Below are positions 1-8,895 of a stretch of 64,000 nt of DNA, in pieces. A program made the position numbers and the translations under genes. Source of the stretch: Chthoniobacteraceae bacterium (GTDB lineage Bacteria; Verrucomicrobiota; Verrucomicrobiia; Chthoniobacterales; Chthoniobacteraceae); contig JANNWY010000083.1 of the NCBI GenBank assembly GCA_031409335.1, positions 64,001 through 128,000 on the forward strand, written 5' to 3'. How positions within the stretch are numbered: position 1 is the first letter of the stretch; every line of letters begins with the position of its first letter. A model generated the notes under the pieces. The model ran no database searches, was not told the DNA's origin, and saw only the letters and a program-made list of their open reading frames with translations.

Positions 1-1241
1 AGGTGCCGTTCCACATTTTCCACCACGACGATGGCATCGTCCACGACGAGACCGACCGAAAGCACGATGGCAAGGAGCGTGAGTAGATTGATGGTGAAGC
101 CAAATGCGAGCATCAGGAAGGCTGCGCCGATCAGCGAGATCGGGATAGCGACCACCGGGATAATGACGGAGCGCAGCGAGCCGAGGAAAAGGAAGATGAC
201 CACGACGACGATCAGCAGCGTCTCGATCAGCGTGGTCAGCACTTCTTTCAGGGCATCCTGAATGTATTTCGTGGCGTCGTAAGGCACGCCGACTTTGATG
301 GCTGCCGGCAATTGCTTTGCGATGTCGGGCAACTCGGCGCGGACGGCTTTGATCACGTCGAGCGCGTTGGCCGTGGGCAGGACCCAGATGCCGATAAAGG
401 TCGCGCGCTGGCCGGAGAAACGCACATCGGAATCGTAATTTTCCGCGCCGAGATCGACTTCAGCGACATCCTTGAGCCTTACGATCGCACCGTCTTGCTC
501 ACGCAGGACCAACTCGCGAAACTCATCGGCGGTTCGCAGATCGGTGTTCGCGACGAGGTTGATGGTAGTCATGGAACCCTTTGTGATACCCACTGCGGAA
601 AGGTAGTTGTTGGATGCCAGTGCCTGCCGGACTTCTGTCGGCGAGATATTGAGCGCGGCCATGCGCTCCGGCTTTAGCCAGATGCGCATCGCGAATGTGC
701 GCGCGCCGAGGATGTCCGCCTTTTGCACGCCGCTCACGGCAGTGAGCTTTGGCTGGACGACCCGGGTTAGGTAGTCGGTGACTTGATTCGGACTGAGTTC
801 ATCCGAAGCAAATGAGATGTACATCTGCGCGAACTGGGTATCGCTCAGGGTCAGCTCGATGATGGGTGCCTCGGCCTCGGGCGGCAGATCGTTCCGCACT
901 TGGGCGACCTTCGCCTGAATCTGGGTCAGCGCGGCATTGGTGTCGTAGTTCAGCTTCAGATGCACCGTGATGATGCTGATCCCCTGCGCGCTTTGCGACT
1001 CGATGTAGTCGATCCCATCCGCACTGGCGATGACCCGCTCGATGGGTGTGGTGACAAAGCCACGCACGAGGTCCGCGCTCGCACCGACATAGTGCGTTTC
1101 GACGTTCACCACCGCGATGTCACTGCGCGGATACTGCCGCACATTGAGCGAGCGGATCGACTGAAGGCCGGCCAGCAGGATGATGAGGCTCACCACGGTG
1201 GAGAGCACGGGCTTGCGGATGAAGAGATCGGTGAACTTCAT
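1..1241 (-). CDS. RND efflux permease (AcrB/MexI/MexW family), runs off the left window edge
   Basis: Manual translation from ATG at 1241: MKFTDLFIRKPVLSTVVSLIILLAGLQSIRSLNVRQYPRSD...; lies directly after the membrane fusion protein gene. Confidence 0.93.
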   Translation of the reverse strand, partial: MKFTDLFIRKPVLSTVVSLIILLAGLQSIRSLNVRQYPRSDIAVVNVETHYVGASADLVRGFVTTPIERVIASADGIDYIESQSAQGISIITVHLKLNYDTNAALTQIQAKVAQVRNDLPPEAEAPIIELTLSDTQFAQMYISFASDELSPNQVTDYLTRVVQPKLTAVSGVQKADILGARTFAMRIWLKPERMAALNISPTEVRQALASNNYLSAVGITKGSMTTINLVANTDLRTADEFRELVLREQDGAIVRLKDVAEVDLGAENYDSDVRFSGQRATFIGIWVLPTANALDVIKAVRAELPDIAKQLPAAIKVGVPYDATKYIQDALKEVLTTLIETLLIVVVVIFLFLGSLRSVIIPVVAIPISLIGAAFLMLAFGFTINLLTLLAIVLSVGLVVDDAIVVVENVERH

Positions 1242-1250
1242 GGCTGCGGC

Positions 1251-2369
1251 CTAAGTGTCCGCTGGTTTGGGATTCAGGCTGTTGCCAGGCTGAACGCTGT
1301 TATCGACCTGCACGGGGGCGTTTGGCCTAAGTTTGAAAACGGCCGATGAGACGATTTCGTCACCCTCCTTCAATCCAGAAACCACCGAGACTTGATCACC
1401 ACGCTTCGGCCCCAGCTTCACGAACTGCTGGGTCACTTCCTTTCCGGCCGCACCCTCGGTATCCCTCACGACATAGACTGAATCGCCGTAGGGAGCGTAG
1501 GAGATCGCGGAGGATGGGATCGCCATAACGCCATCCTTCTCAGGCAGCAAGACCTCCACATTCACAAACATGCCGGGACGCAGCGCGTGATCGGGGTTCT
1601 TGATGGTTCCTTGAATCGTGACATTCCGAGTCGCCTCCTCGATGCGCGAATTGATCGCCGTGATTTCACCTTGAAACTGCCTGCCCGTCACTCCGCTCGC
1701 CACGAGGCGCAGTTTCTTACCCACGGTGACCAAATCAAAGCTCTGCTGCGGCACAGAGAACTCCACGTAAATCGGGTCGAGCGATTCGATCGGCGCGATC
1801 GGCGCGCCGGGCTGGAGATACTGGCCGAGGTTCACCTGCCGGATGCCGACCAAGCCATCGAACGGCGCGACGATCTTCTTCCGCGAGACTAATGCCTTCA
1901 TCTCCTCGGCGGATGCCTGCATTTGTAGGAGCTGGCTCTGCGCCGTGTCGAATTCGGATTCGGCTATGGCCCGCTTCATCATCAGATCGCGCTTCCGGGC
2001 CAGGTCCGTTTTCGCCAAGTCCAGCCTGGCCTGGGCGGAGCGTAGCTGCGCGTCCTCCTGCTGCGTATCGAGCTTCACGATCAAGTCGCCCTTCTTTACG
2101 GATGCCCCCGATTCAAATGCAATTTCCGCGACGATGCCCGCAAGGTCGGTGCTGAGCACGACACCGTTCACTGCCTTCATGGAACCCACGGCACTCAGCA
2201 CTGGCTGCCACGTTTGAGCTTTCACCACCACCGTCGTCACCGCGGCTGGCGGCGGTGCAAACTTCGCACCCATCGCCTTGCCTTTCTCGATGTTTTTCAT
2301 CGTCCAGAAAACGAGCCCCGCCACGAAGATGGCGACGAGCACCAACATGAGTAACATTCGTTTCAACAT
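1251..2369 (-). CDS. RND efflux periplasmic adaptor (membrane fusion protein)
   Basis: N-terminal TM, lipoyl/hairpin motifs (APFDGLVG, LRPGMFV); precedes the RND permease. Confidence 0.93.
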   Translation of the reverse strand: MLKRMLLMLVLVAIFVAGLVFWTMKNIEKGKAMGAKFAPPPAAVTTVVVKAQTWQPVLSAVGSMKAVNGVVLSTDLAGIVAEIAFESGASVKKGDLIVKLDTQQEDAQLRSAQARLDLAKTDLARKRDLMMKRAIAESEFDTAQSQLLQMQASAEEMKALVSRKKIVAPFDGLVGIRQVNLGQYLQPGAPIAPIESLDPIYVEFSVPQQSFDLVTVGKKLRLVASGVTGRQFQGEITAINSRIEEATRNVTIQGTIKNPDHALRPGMFVNVEVLLPEKDGVMAIPSSAISYAPYGDSVYVVRDTEGAAGKEVTQQFVKLGPKRGDQVSVVSGLKEGDEIVSSAVFKLRPNAPVQVDNSVQPGNSLNPKPADT

Positions 2370-2381
2370 ATATGTTCGAGG

Positions 2382-2924
2382 TTAGACGGCTGTTACCGAC
2401 TCCACGGCGTCGGGAACTTTATCGCTGGCAAGGTCGCGCTGGATTCGCTGCAAGAGTCCGACGAGTTGCTTTTGCTGATTGGCAGTCAGCGGTTTCATGA
2501 TTTCACAGACACATTCAAAATAGTCGGGAAGCATGTTTTCGATCAGCGTCCGCCCGGAATCTGTCATCGCTACGAGCACCGTTCGCCGGTCGGTTGCATC
2601 CGCGGCGCGGCTGACGATTCCGTCCTTCTCCAAAGTGTCGATGAGCCCGGTCATCGTCGCGCGCGTCACCCCGGCTTCCTCGGCGAGTTCCGCCGGGGTC
2701 GAAGGCGCGCCCGCGCAGCGATTCAACAGCATGAGCACGGTGAATCGCCCCTGGCTGATATTGTGCCGCGCGAGAAAGCGGCCCTCGGCGGCAAAGACGG
2801 CATCGCCGGTGCGCAAAAGGTGTAGAAATGCCTCCGATGCCGCGGGATCGAGCGTTGGGTAACGCTCGGCGGCTTTCAGCAGGCAATCGTACCGCGGGAC
2901 ATCGCGGAGCATCAAAAGTGGCAT
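2382..2924 (-). CDS. MarR family transcriptional regulator
   Basis: wHTH motif ELAEEAGVTRATMTGLIDTLEKDG and DRR; heads the efflux operon. Confidence 0.92.
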   Translation of the reverse strand: MPLLMLRDVPRYDCLLKAAERYPTLDPAASEAFLHLLRTGDAVFAAEGRFLARHNISQGRFTVLMLLNRCAGAPSTPAELAEEAGVTRATMTGLIDTLEKDGIVSRAADATDRRTVLVAMTDSGRTLIENMLPDYFECVCEIMKPLTANQQKQLVGLLQRIQRDLASDKVPDAVESVTAV

Positions 2925-2927
2925 AAA

Positions 2928-2981
2928 GTAAGGCGACTAACCATCAATGCACTTGATCATATGGCTCCATACCGTTGTCAA
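2928..2981 (-). promoter_or_regulatory. Candidate MarR operators and -35 element
   Basis: Imperfect palindrome ATATGGCTCCATAC (2959-2972), related GTAAGGCGACTAAC (2928-2941), TTGACA on the minus strand (2976-2981). Confidence 0.35.
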
Positions 2982-3291
2982 GAGATCGTCTGGGAATATG
3001 AGGGGAATCCAGAAAAGGGATATGGGCGTCCTCGCAAGCCCATCAATCTCACCAAACAAGGAGATCGGAAAACTTGCCCTTAAAACTCAACTCGCGCTTG
3101 GCGGCGGGCAGTTCGAGCGTGTGAAATGCATCCACGCCGAGCGCAGACAACTCGCGAGCGAGACGCCCCGGCATCTGACGGGACGGGACGAATTTGCATC
3201 GCGTGCCTGCGGCGCTTTCGGCTTGCGTGCGCGGGATGCGGCTGGATTGATTCCGCGCGTCGGTTTGCGGTCCCGCCGGAAATTGCGCTCA

Positions 3292-4485
3292 ATGAACAGA
3301 TCCTCCAAACGAAAGGACCGACCAGACCGCCATCAGGAGCCGCCGAAAGTCGCGCTGCTGGTGGAGACCTCGAACTCGTATGCGCGCGACATGCTCGCGG
3401 GCATCGAGGATTACATCCGCGCGCACGACCTGTGGAGCGTGTATCTGGCGGAGAGCGGGCGCGGCGATGCGGTGCCGGCATGGTTCGCGCGCTGGCAGGG
3501 GGACGGCATCATCGCGCGGGTTGAAAACGAAAAGATCGCCGCCGCGCTGGCAGCGAAGCGGTTGCCCGTCGTCAATCTCAGTTTTTCCCGCCTGATTCGC
3601 ACGGCACCCACTTTTACCACGGGCAATGCCGGCATCGGGCAGATCGCGGCGCAGCATTTCGTGGAGCGCGGCTTCGAGCACTTCGCCTATTGCGGACGCG
3701 GCGAATTCGTCTGGTCGCGGGACCGTGGCGAGGCGTTCGAGCGGGCGGTGTCCACGGCGGGTTTCCGCTGCCACATTTACAGCCTGCCGAACGGGATCGC
3801 GACGGATCTCGATTCCGAGACGGACGCCATCGCGGCATGGCTCACCTCGCTGCCAAAGCCCATCGCGCTGCTGGCGTGCTACGATCTGCGCGGCCAGCAG
3901 GTGCTCGACGCCGCGCGGCGTGCCGGCCTTTCCGTGCCGGAGCAGATCGCGGTGCTGGGTGTGGATAACGATGAGCTTTTGTGCGCCCTGTCGCCGCCAC
4001 CGCTTTCCAGCATCATCCTCAATGGGCGGCGCACCGGCTGGCTCGGGGCGGAGACGCTCGCCAGGCTCATGGGTGGGGAAAAACTGGCGGGCGACGTGCA
4101 TTTTATTCCGCCGATCGGCATCGCGACGCGGCAGAGTACGGACACGCTCGCGGTCGCCGATCCGCAACTCGCGCGCGCGCTGCGCTTCATCCGCGAGCGA
4201 GCTTGCGACGCGATCGACGTGCCGGACATCCTGCGCCACGCGCCGATGGCCCGGCGCTCGCTCGAAAATCGGATGCGGGAGACCATCGGGCGCACTCCGA
4301 ACGAGGAAATCCTGCGGGTGAAACTGGCGCGTGCCCGGCAGCTCCTCGCCACGACCCGATTGAGCCTCGGCGATGTCGCGGATCGCTGCGGCTTTCGGCA
4401 TTCGGAATATTTCAGCGTCGTCTTCAAGCGCGAGACTGGCGTGACGCCGGGCGGTTTCCGCAGAGAGCACGGACGCCAGAAGTAG
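3292..4485 (+). CDS. XylR-type regulator (periplasmic-binding-protein-like domain plus AraC HTH)
   Basis: VALLVETSNSYAR, DGIIAR, VPEQIAVLGVDND, C-terminal AraC motif CGF...YFSVVFKRETGVTP; start moved from 2947 to ATG 3292. Confidence 0.9.
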   Translation: MNRSSKRKDRPDRHQEPPKVALLVETSNSYARDMLAGIEDYIRAHDLWSVYLAESGRGDAVPAWFARWQGDGIIARVENEKIAAALAAKRLPVVNLSFSRLIRTAPTFTTGNAGIGQIAAQHFVERGFEHFAYCGRGEFVWSRDRGEAFERAVSTAGFRCHIYSLPNGIATDLDSETDAIAAWLTSLPKPIALLACYDLRGQQVLDAARRAGLSVPEQIAVLGVDNDELLCALSPPPLSSIILNGRRTGWLGAETLARLMGGEKLAGDVHFIPPIGIATRQSTDTLAVADPQLARALRFIRERACDAIDVPDILRHAPMARRSLENRMRETIGRTPNEEILRVKLARARQLLATTRLSLGDVADRCGFRHSEYFSVVFKRETGVTPGGFRREHGRQK

Positions 4486-4654
4486 GAGGCACCCCGGAAA
4501 GTAACTCAAGCGACTTTCGGGATAGGCGGTTCGTTTTCCGGTGCCGCTTTCCCCATCGCCCGCACCTCCTACAGCGCCGTCGCCATAGCGCGGCGGAGCG
4601 ACGCCTGCGACGCGCTTCGTTGCCAAAAGCGGGTCGGTGTAGAAGACTGGCGGC

Positions 4655-5941
4655 ATGTCGGACCTCAAATCACAGATCCTCGGATACGGTCGCCGTGCGC
4701 GCGCGGCAGCGCGATTGCTCGCGCGACTCGATGCGGCGGCGAAGAATGCGGGGCTCCTGGCGATGGCGGATGAGATTGTCGCGGCGGAGGGGGAAATCCT
4801 CGCGGCGAATGCGCGCGATTTGGCGCAGGCGAAGGCGAATGGCTTGAGCGGCGCGATGCTGGAACGGCTCGCGCTGAACGACAAGAAACTCGCCGCGATG
4901 GCGGCGGGCATTCGCGAAGTCGCGGCGCTGCCCGATCCGGTCGGCGAGACGATCCGCGACTGGACGCGCCCGAACGGGCTGCGCATCACGAAGGTGCGCG
5001 TGCCGATCGGCGTGATCGGGATCATTTACGAATCACGCCCGAATGTGACCAGCGACGCAGCGGTGCTTTGCACGAAGACGGGGAATGCGACGATCCTGCG
5101 AGGTGGTTCGGAGGCGATCCATTCGAACGTGGCGATCGCGGCGGCGCTGAGTCGCGGTGGCGCGAAGGCGGGGCTGCCGGCGGATGCGATCGTGCTCATC
5201 CCGGTGACGGATCGCGAAGCGGTGCGGCACATGTGCGAGATGGATCAGTATCTGGATTGCATCGTGCCGCGCGGCGGCAAGGGGCTGATCGAGGCCGTCG
5301 TGAGCCATGCGCGGATGCCGGTGATCAAACATTACGATGGCATTTGCATCATGTATGTGGACAAGGACGCAGACCTCGCGATGGCGCAGAGCATCGTGGT
5401 GAATGCGAAGTGCCAGCGGCCCGGCGTGTGCAATGCGATCGAGACGGTGCTGGTGCATCGCGCGGTTGCGGAGGAGTTTTTTGCGACGACGGGAGCGGCG
5501 CTTTTGGAGAAGGGCGTGGAGTTGCGCTGCGATGAGGCTGCGCTGAAAACGCTAAACGCCAAACGCCAAACACCAAACGCGAAACGGATTGTTGCCGCGA
5601 CGCCGGAGGATTTTCGGACGGAGTTTCTTGATCTGATTCTTGCGGTGAAAGTGGTCGATTCACTTGATGAAGCGGTGGCGCACATCGAGGAGAATGGGTC
5701 GCATCACAGCGATGGGATCGTGACGGCGAATGGGGTGACGGCGGAGCGGTTTTTGGCGGAGGTCGATAGCGCGACGGTGTATTGGAATGCTTCGACGCGG
5801 TTCACGGATGGCGGCGAATTTGGCTTTGGCGCGGAGATCGGGATCAGCACGGACAAGCTGCACGCGCGTGGGCCGATGGCGCTGGAGGAACTGACGACTT
5901 ACAAATATCAACTGCGCGGGACGGGGCAGATTCGGGAGTGA
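4655..5941 (+). CDS. proA: Gamma-glutamyl phosphate reductase
   Basis: VPIGVIGIIYESRPNVT, CNAIET, NASTRFTDGGEFGFGAEIGIST. Confidence 0.97.
   Translation: MSDLKSQILGYGRRARAAARLLARLDAAAKNAGLLAMADEIVAAEGEILAANARDLAQAKANGLSGAMLERLALNDKKLAAMAAGIREVAALPDPVGETIRDWTRPNGLRITKVRVPIGVIGIIYESRPNVTSDAAVLCTKTGNATILRGGSEAIHSNVAIAAALSRGGAKAGLPADAIVLIPVTDREAVRHMCEMDQYLDCIVPRGGKGLIEAVVSHARMPVIKHYDGICIMYVDKDADLAMAQSIVVNAKCQRPGVCNAIETVLVHRAVAEEFFATTGAALLEKGVELRCDEAALKTLNAKRQTPNAKRIVAATPEDFRTEFLDLILAVKVVDSLDEAVAHIEENGSHHSDGIVTANGVTAERFLAEVDSATVYWNASTRFTDGGEFGFGAEIGISTDKLHARGPMALEELTTYKYQLRGTGQIRE
5547..5588 (+). repeat. Heptamer tandem repeat (AAACGCC-like x6) inside proA
   Basis: aaacgct aaacgcc aaacgcc aaacacc aaacgcg aaacgga; 42 bp, frame preserving. 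Confidence 0.75.
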
Positions 5942-5977
5942 GCGCGATTCGATTGCTCTAAGAACGGCGGGGGAAGA

Positions 5978-6079
5978 TTGCCGCGAAGGACGCGGAGGAC
6001 GCGGAAAACACGGATGAGGAAGAACTGGGATTTCGGGTTTGCCATTCAGAATCCCGCTTCTCCGCGATTTCCGCGGCAA
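5978..6079. repeat. Long imperfect inverted repeat with 9-bp periodic units between convergent genes
   Basis: ttgccgcgaaggacgcggag ... ctccgcgatttccgcggcaa; units gccgcgaag/gacgcggag/gacgcggaa/aacacggat. Confidence 0.55.
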
Positions 6080-6098
6080 CTCGATCGCTGCTCCAGAA

Positions 6099-7214
6099 CT
6101 ACTCGACCGCGCCTGCCCTTTGCTGAATCCGAATGATCACGAACTCGGCGGGGCGTAACGGCGCAAAGCCAATTTCGATATTCAGGATGCCCTTCGCGAT
6201 GTCCGCGTCGGTCATCATTTCGCGGTCGCATCTCACGTAGAATGCGTGTTGCGGGGTGGTGCCCTGGAACGCGCCTTGGCGGAAAAGTGCGTGCAGAAAA
6301 TCGGCGACGCTGCGGCGGAGTTGCGCCCAGAGCGGCTCATCGTTCGGCTCGAAGACGGCCCAGCGTGTGCCGCGGTCGATGCTTTCCTCGATGAACAATC
6401 CGAGTCGGCGGACGGCGATGTATTTCCACTCGGAGGCGAGTTCGTTCGCGCCTTCCATCGTCCGCGCGCCCCAGGCGACGATGCCGAATGTGGGGAATGT
6501 GCGGAGGCAATTGACGGCGCGGGCGTTGAGCGGATCGCTTTCGTTGTCGTTCAGATTGTAGTCGAGCGACTTCACACCGAGCAGGCCGGCGTATGGACCG
6601 GCGGGAGATTTCCAAACGCTGACGGTGTCGGAAATGCGCGCGATGAGTCCGGCGATGGTGCCGCTGGGCGGGATGCTGCGCGGATGGCCGTTGTTCAACG
6701 GGTCGCTGATTTTCGTCCATGGAAAATAGATCGCGGCATTCCTTGAGCGCGGGAGTGCGCTGCTTTGCGCGAAGGTTTCCATCTCCGCTGGCGTGCGCAC
6801 ATTTACGGGCGGATCGACGATGAGCAGCGCGCGCCGCCCGCGACAAAATTCCGCGGCGGCGGCGATGATCGCGGGAGTGGTGATGCCGGGAAGTGCGAGG
6901 AGATTGAACGCATCCACGGCGGCGAGCGCGCGAATTCCCGCGAGCACTTTCGCGGCGGACGCGCGTTTTGCGATGCGCACGACGACGGCCTCGGCTCCGC
7001 CATTCGCGAAGAACTGCCGCACCGCGTAGCCCAACTGCAAATCCTGCGCGAGCCCGCCGAAGCGCTGCTCAAATTCCGCGAAACTGGCGATGCGCTCGGG
7101 CCGGTTCACGCTGCCTTTTTTGGCGGAGCCGATGAATGCGGCGACGCCAGTGGGAACGCCGGTGATCGTGCGGGGAATCGCGGAATCTTCCTCGATGAAA
7201 ACTTCGGGAGGCAT
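6099..7214 (-). CDS. Contractile tail sheath protein (eCIS/phage-tail-like), orphan
   Basis: VFIEE...ITGVPTGVAAFIG, PPSGTIAG, VWKSPAG, WGART, WKYIAVRR, WAVFEPND, GFAPLRPAEFVIIRIQQ. Confidence 0.92.
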   Translation of the reverse strand: MPPEVFIEEDSAIPRTITGVPTGVAAFIGSAKKGSVNRPERIASFAEFEQRFGGLAQDLQLGYAVRQFFANGGAEAVVVRIAKRASAAKVLAGIRALAAVDAFNLLALPGITTPAIIAAAAEFCRGRRALLIVDPPVNVRTPAEMETFAQSSALPRSRNAAIYFPWTKISDPLNNGHPRSIPPSGTIAGLIARISDTVSVWKSPAGPYAGLLGVKSLDYNLNDNESDPLNARAVNCLRTFPTFGIVAWGARTMEGANELASEWKYIAVRRLGLFIEESIDRGTRWAVFEPNDEPLWAQLRRSVADFLHALFRQGAFQGTTPQHAFYVRCDREMMTDADIAKGILNIEIGFAPLRPAEFVIIRIQQRAGAVE

Positions 7215-7225
7215 GTGCGCGGGGA

Positions 7226-7426
7226 CTATCCGCCCGCGACGATGCGGACGATTTCGATGCGATCACCTTCCGCCAGCGCGCGTGCATTCCATTCGGCGCG
7301 ACGCAGCGCGAGGCCGTTGTGCTCGACCAAAGTCGCGGGCGCGGGGAGCGCGAGTTCTTCGATCAATTCGGCGACATTTTGCGAGCGAGCCACCAGCCGG
7401 TTCTCGCCGTTGATCGAGATCGTCAC
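7226..7426 (-). CDS. thiS: Thiamine biosynthesis sulfur carrier ThiS
   Basis: 66 aa, (M)TISINGE...LAEGDRIEIVRIVAGG with C-terminal GG; GTG start overlaps the thiH stop (GTGA). Confidence 0.92.
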   Translation of the reverse strand: MTISINGENRLVARSQNVAELIEELALPAPATLVEHNGLALRRAEWNARALAEGDRIEIVRIVAGG

Positions 7427-8532
7427 GGCGCGAGGATGGCTTGATCCCAATCCTTCCACACGGGCTCGAATCCTTTCGCTTGCAGCATCGTCGCGATCTC
7501 CGCGGGCGAGCGTTGGTCGGCGATTTGAAATTGCTCGGTGGCATTCGCGTCGTGCGAACACGCGTCCGATTTCACCACGCGACCGCGGATGGTGAGGTGC
7601 AGATCGTCGCGCCCTTCGCCGGTGTAGCCGCCGGGTTCGGTATGGCTGCCGGCGCTCATCATCGTGATGCCGAGCGGCAGCAGCGCGTCGCGCAAGGCGG
7701 GCGATTCGCGCGTGCTCATGACGATGCCGACGTGGGGAAAAGTCACGCGCAGCGCGCAGACGAGCTGCACGAAATCGCGATCCGCGAGCTGATGCCGCGG
7801 CTGAAATTCCCCCGCGCACGGACGCAGCCGCGGCAGGCTGACGGTGAACTGCGCCTTCCAGCATCGCCGCAGCAAATAGTCCAAATGCGCCGCGAGCGCG
7901 CACGCCTCCGCGCGCCATTCCGACAGGCCAAAAAGCGCACCGACGCCAATGCGACGAAACCCGCCCGCGTAAGCGCGTTCCGGGCACGCGAGCCGCCAGT
8001 CGTAGTCGCGTTTCGGCCCCGCTGTGTGGAGTTCCGCGTAAGCCGCGCGATCGTAAGTTTCCTGATAGACCACGAGCCCTTCCGCGCCCGCCGCCACGAG
8101 CAACGCGTAGTCCGGCGTCTCCATCGGCGCGACTTCCAGCGCGAGCCCCGGCACCTCCGGCGCGAGCGCGCGCACGCAGCGTGCGAGGTATCCGTTCGAG
8201 ACAAATTTCGGATGTTCGCCCGCGACGAGCAGCACATTGCGAAAACCTTCCTTCGCGAGATGCCGCGCCTCTTTCACCACGGACTCGATCTCGAGCGTCA
8301 CCCGCAGGATCGCGTTGTCGCGCGAGAAGCCGCAGTAGGCGCAGTTATTGATGCACTCATTGGAAAGATAGAGTGGCGCGAAGAGGCGGATGGTTTTCCC
8401 AAAATGCCGCCGGGTGAGCGCGGCGGACTCGCGCGCGAGCGTCTCCAAATCCGCATCCGTGCGCGGATCGAGCAGCGCGGCAAAGCGGCGCACGAGCGGC
8501 GGGTGCGTGGATGGATCGGCGAAGTCGGGCAT
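7423..8532 (-). CDS. thiH: 2-iminoacetate synthase (radical SAM)
   Basis: LFAPLYLSNECINNCAYCGFS, YQETY, SLPRLRP, MSAGSHTEPGGY, EPVWKDWD; start approximate (8532 or 8553). Confidence 0.93.
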   Translation of the reverse strand: MPDFADPSTHPPLVRRFAALLDPRTDADLETLARESAALTRRHFGKTIRLFAPLYLSNECINNCAYCGFSRDNAILRVTLEIESVVKEARHLAKEGFRNVLLVAGEHPKFVSNGYLARCVRALAPEVPGLALEVAPMETPDYALLVAAGAEGLVVYQETYDRAAYAELHTAGPKRDYDWRLACPERAYAGGFRRIGVGALFGLSEWRAEACALAAHLDYLLRRCWKAQFTVSLPRLRPCAGEFQPRHQLADRDFVQLVCALRVTFPHVGIVMSTRESPALRDALLPLGITMMSAGSHTEPGGYTGEGRDDLHLTIRGRVVKSDACSHDANATEQFQIADQRSPAEIATMLQAKGFEPVWKDWDQAILAP

Positions 8533-8895
8533 GAGCGATGAGTAATGGCGCATCGCGCGGCTGCATTCAACCAGAACGCCGCGCGTTGCCTCACGGGAAA
8601 ATGACACCGGAGGCTCGGGCTTCGATGGCATGGACAAGGGCGGGTCGATGGGCGTGCCGCGCCAGTGCAAAGATTTTCCGCAGCCGCTTCTAAGTCCGGG
8701 ATGCAGACTTCCTGTCGATGCTTTGCCCCACCGCTGGTTTGGCGGAAGCCGCTCGCTGCTCCACTGGATCGAGATCATCGATGATCACAATCGCTTGGTG
8801 CCCCTGGCGCGGCCCTACCCGCACATTCCGCCCATCCTCCCGGGTGCGATCGGGCTTGGCAGTCTTGCAGATGCCGTGAGCGACTATAGGCTGCG

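Noticed and set aside
6099..7214. Prophage or complete T6SS/eCIS locus
   Set aside because: No other structural, integrase or lysis genes in the window
8533..8895. TPP riboswitch upstream of thiH
   Set aside because: No CTGAGA or TGATC/TAATxC core visible on the minus strand; the short ORFs here have no recognisable features
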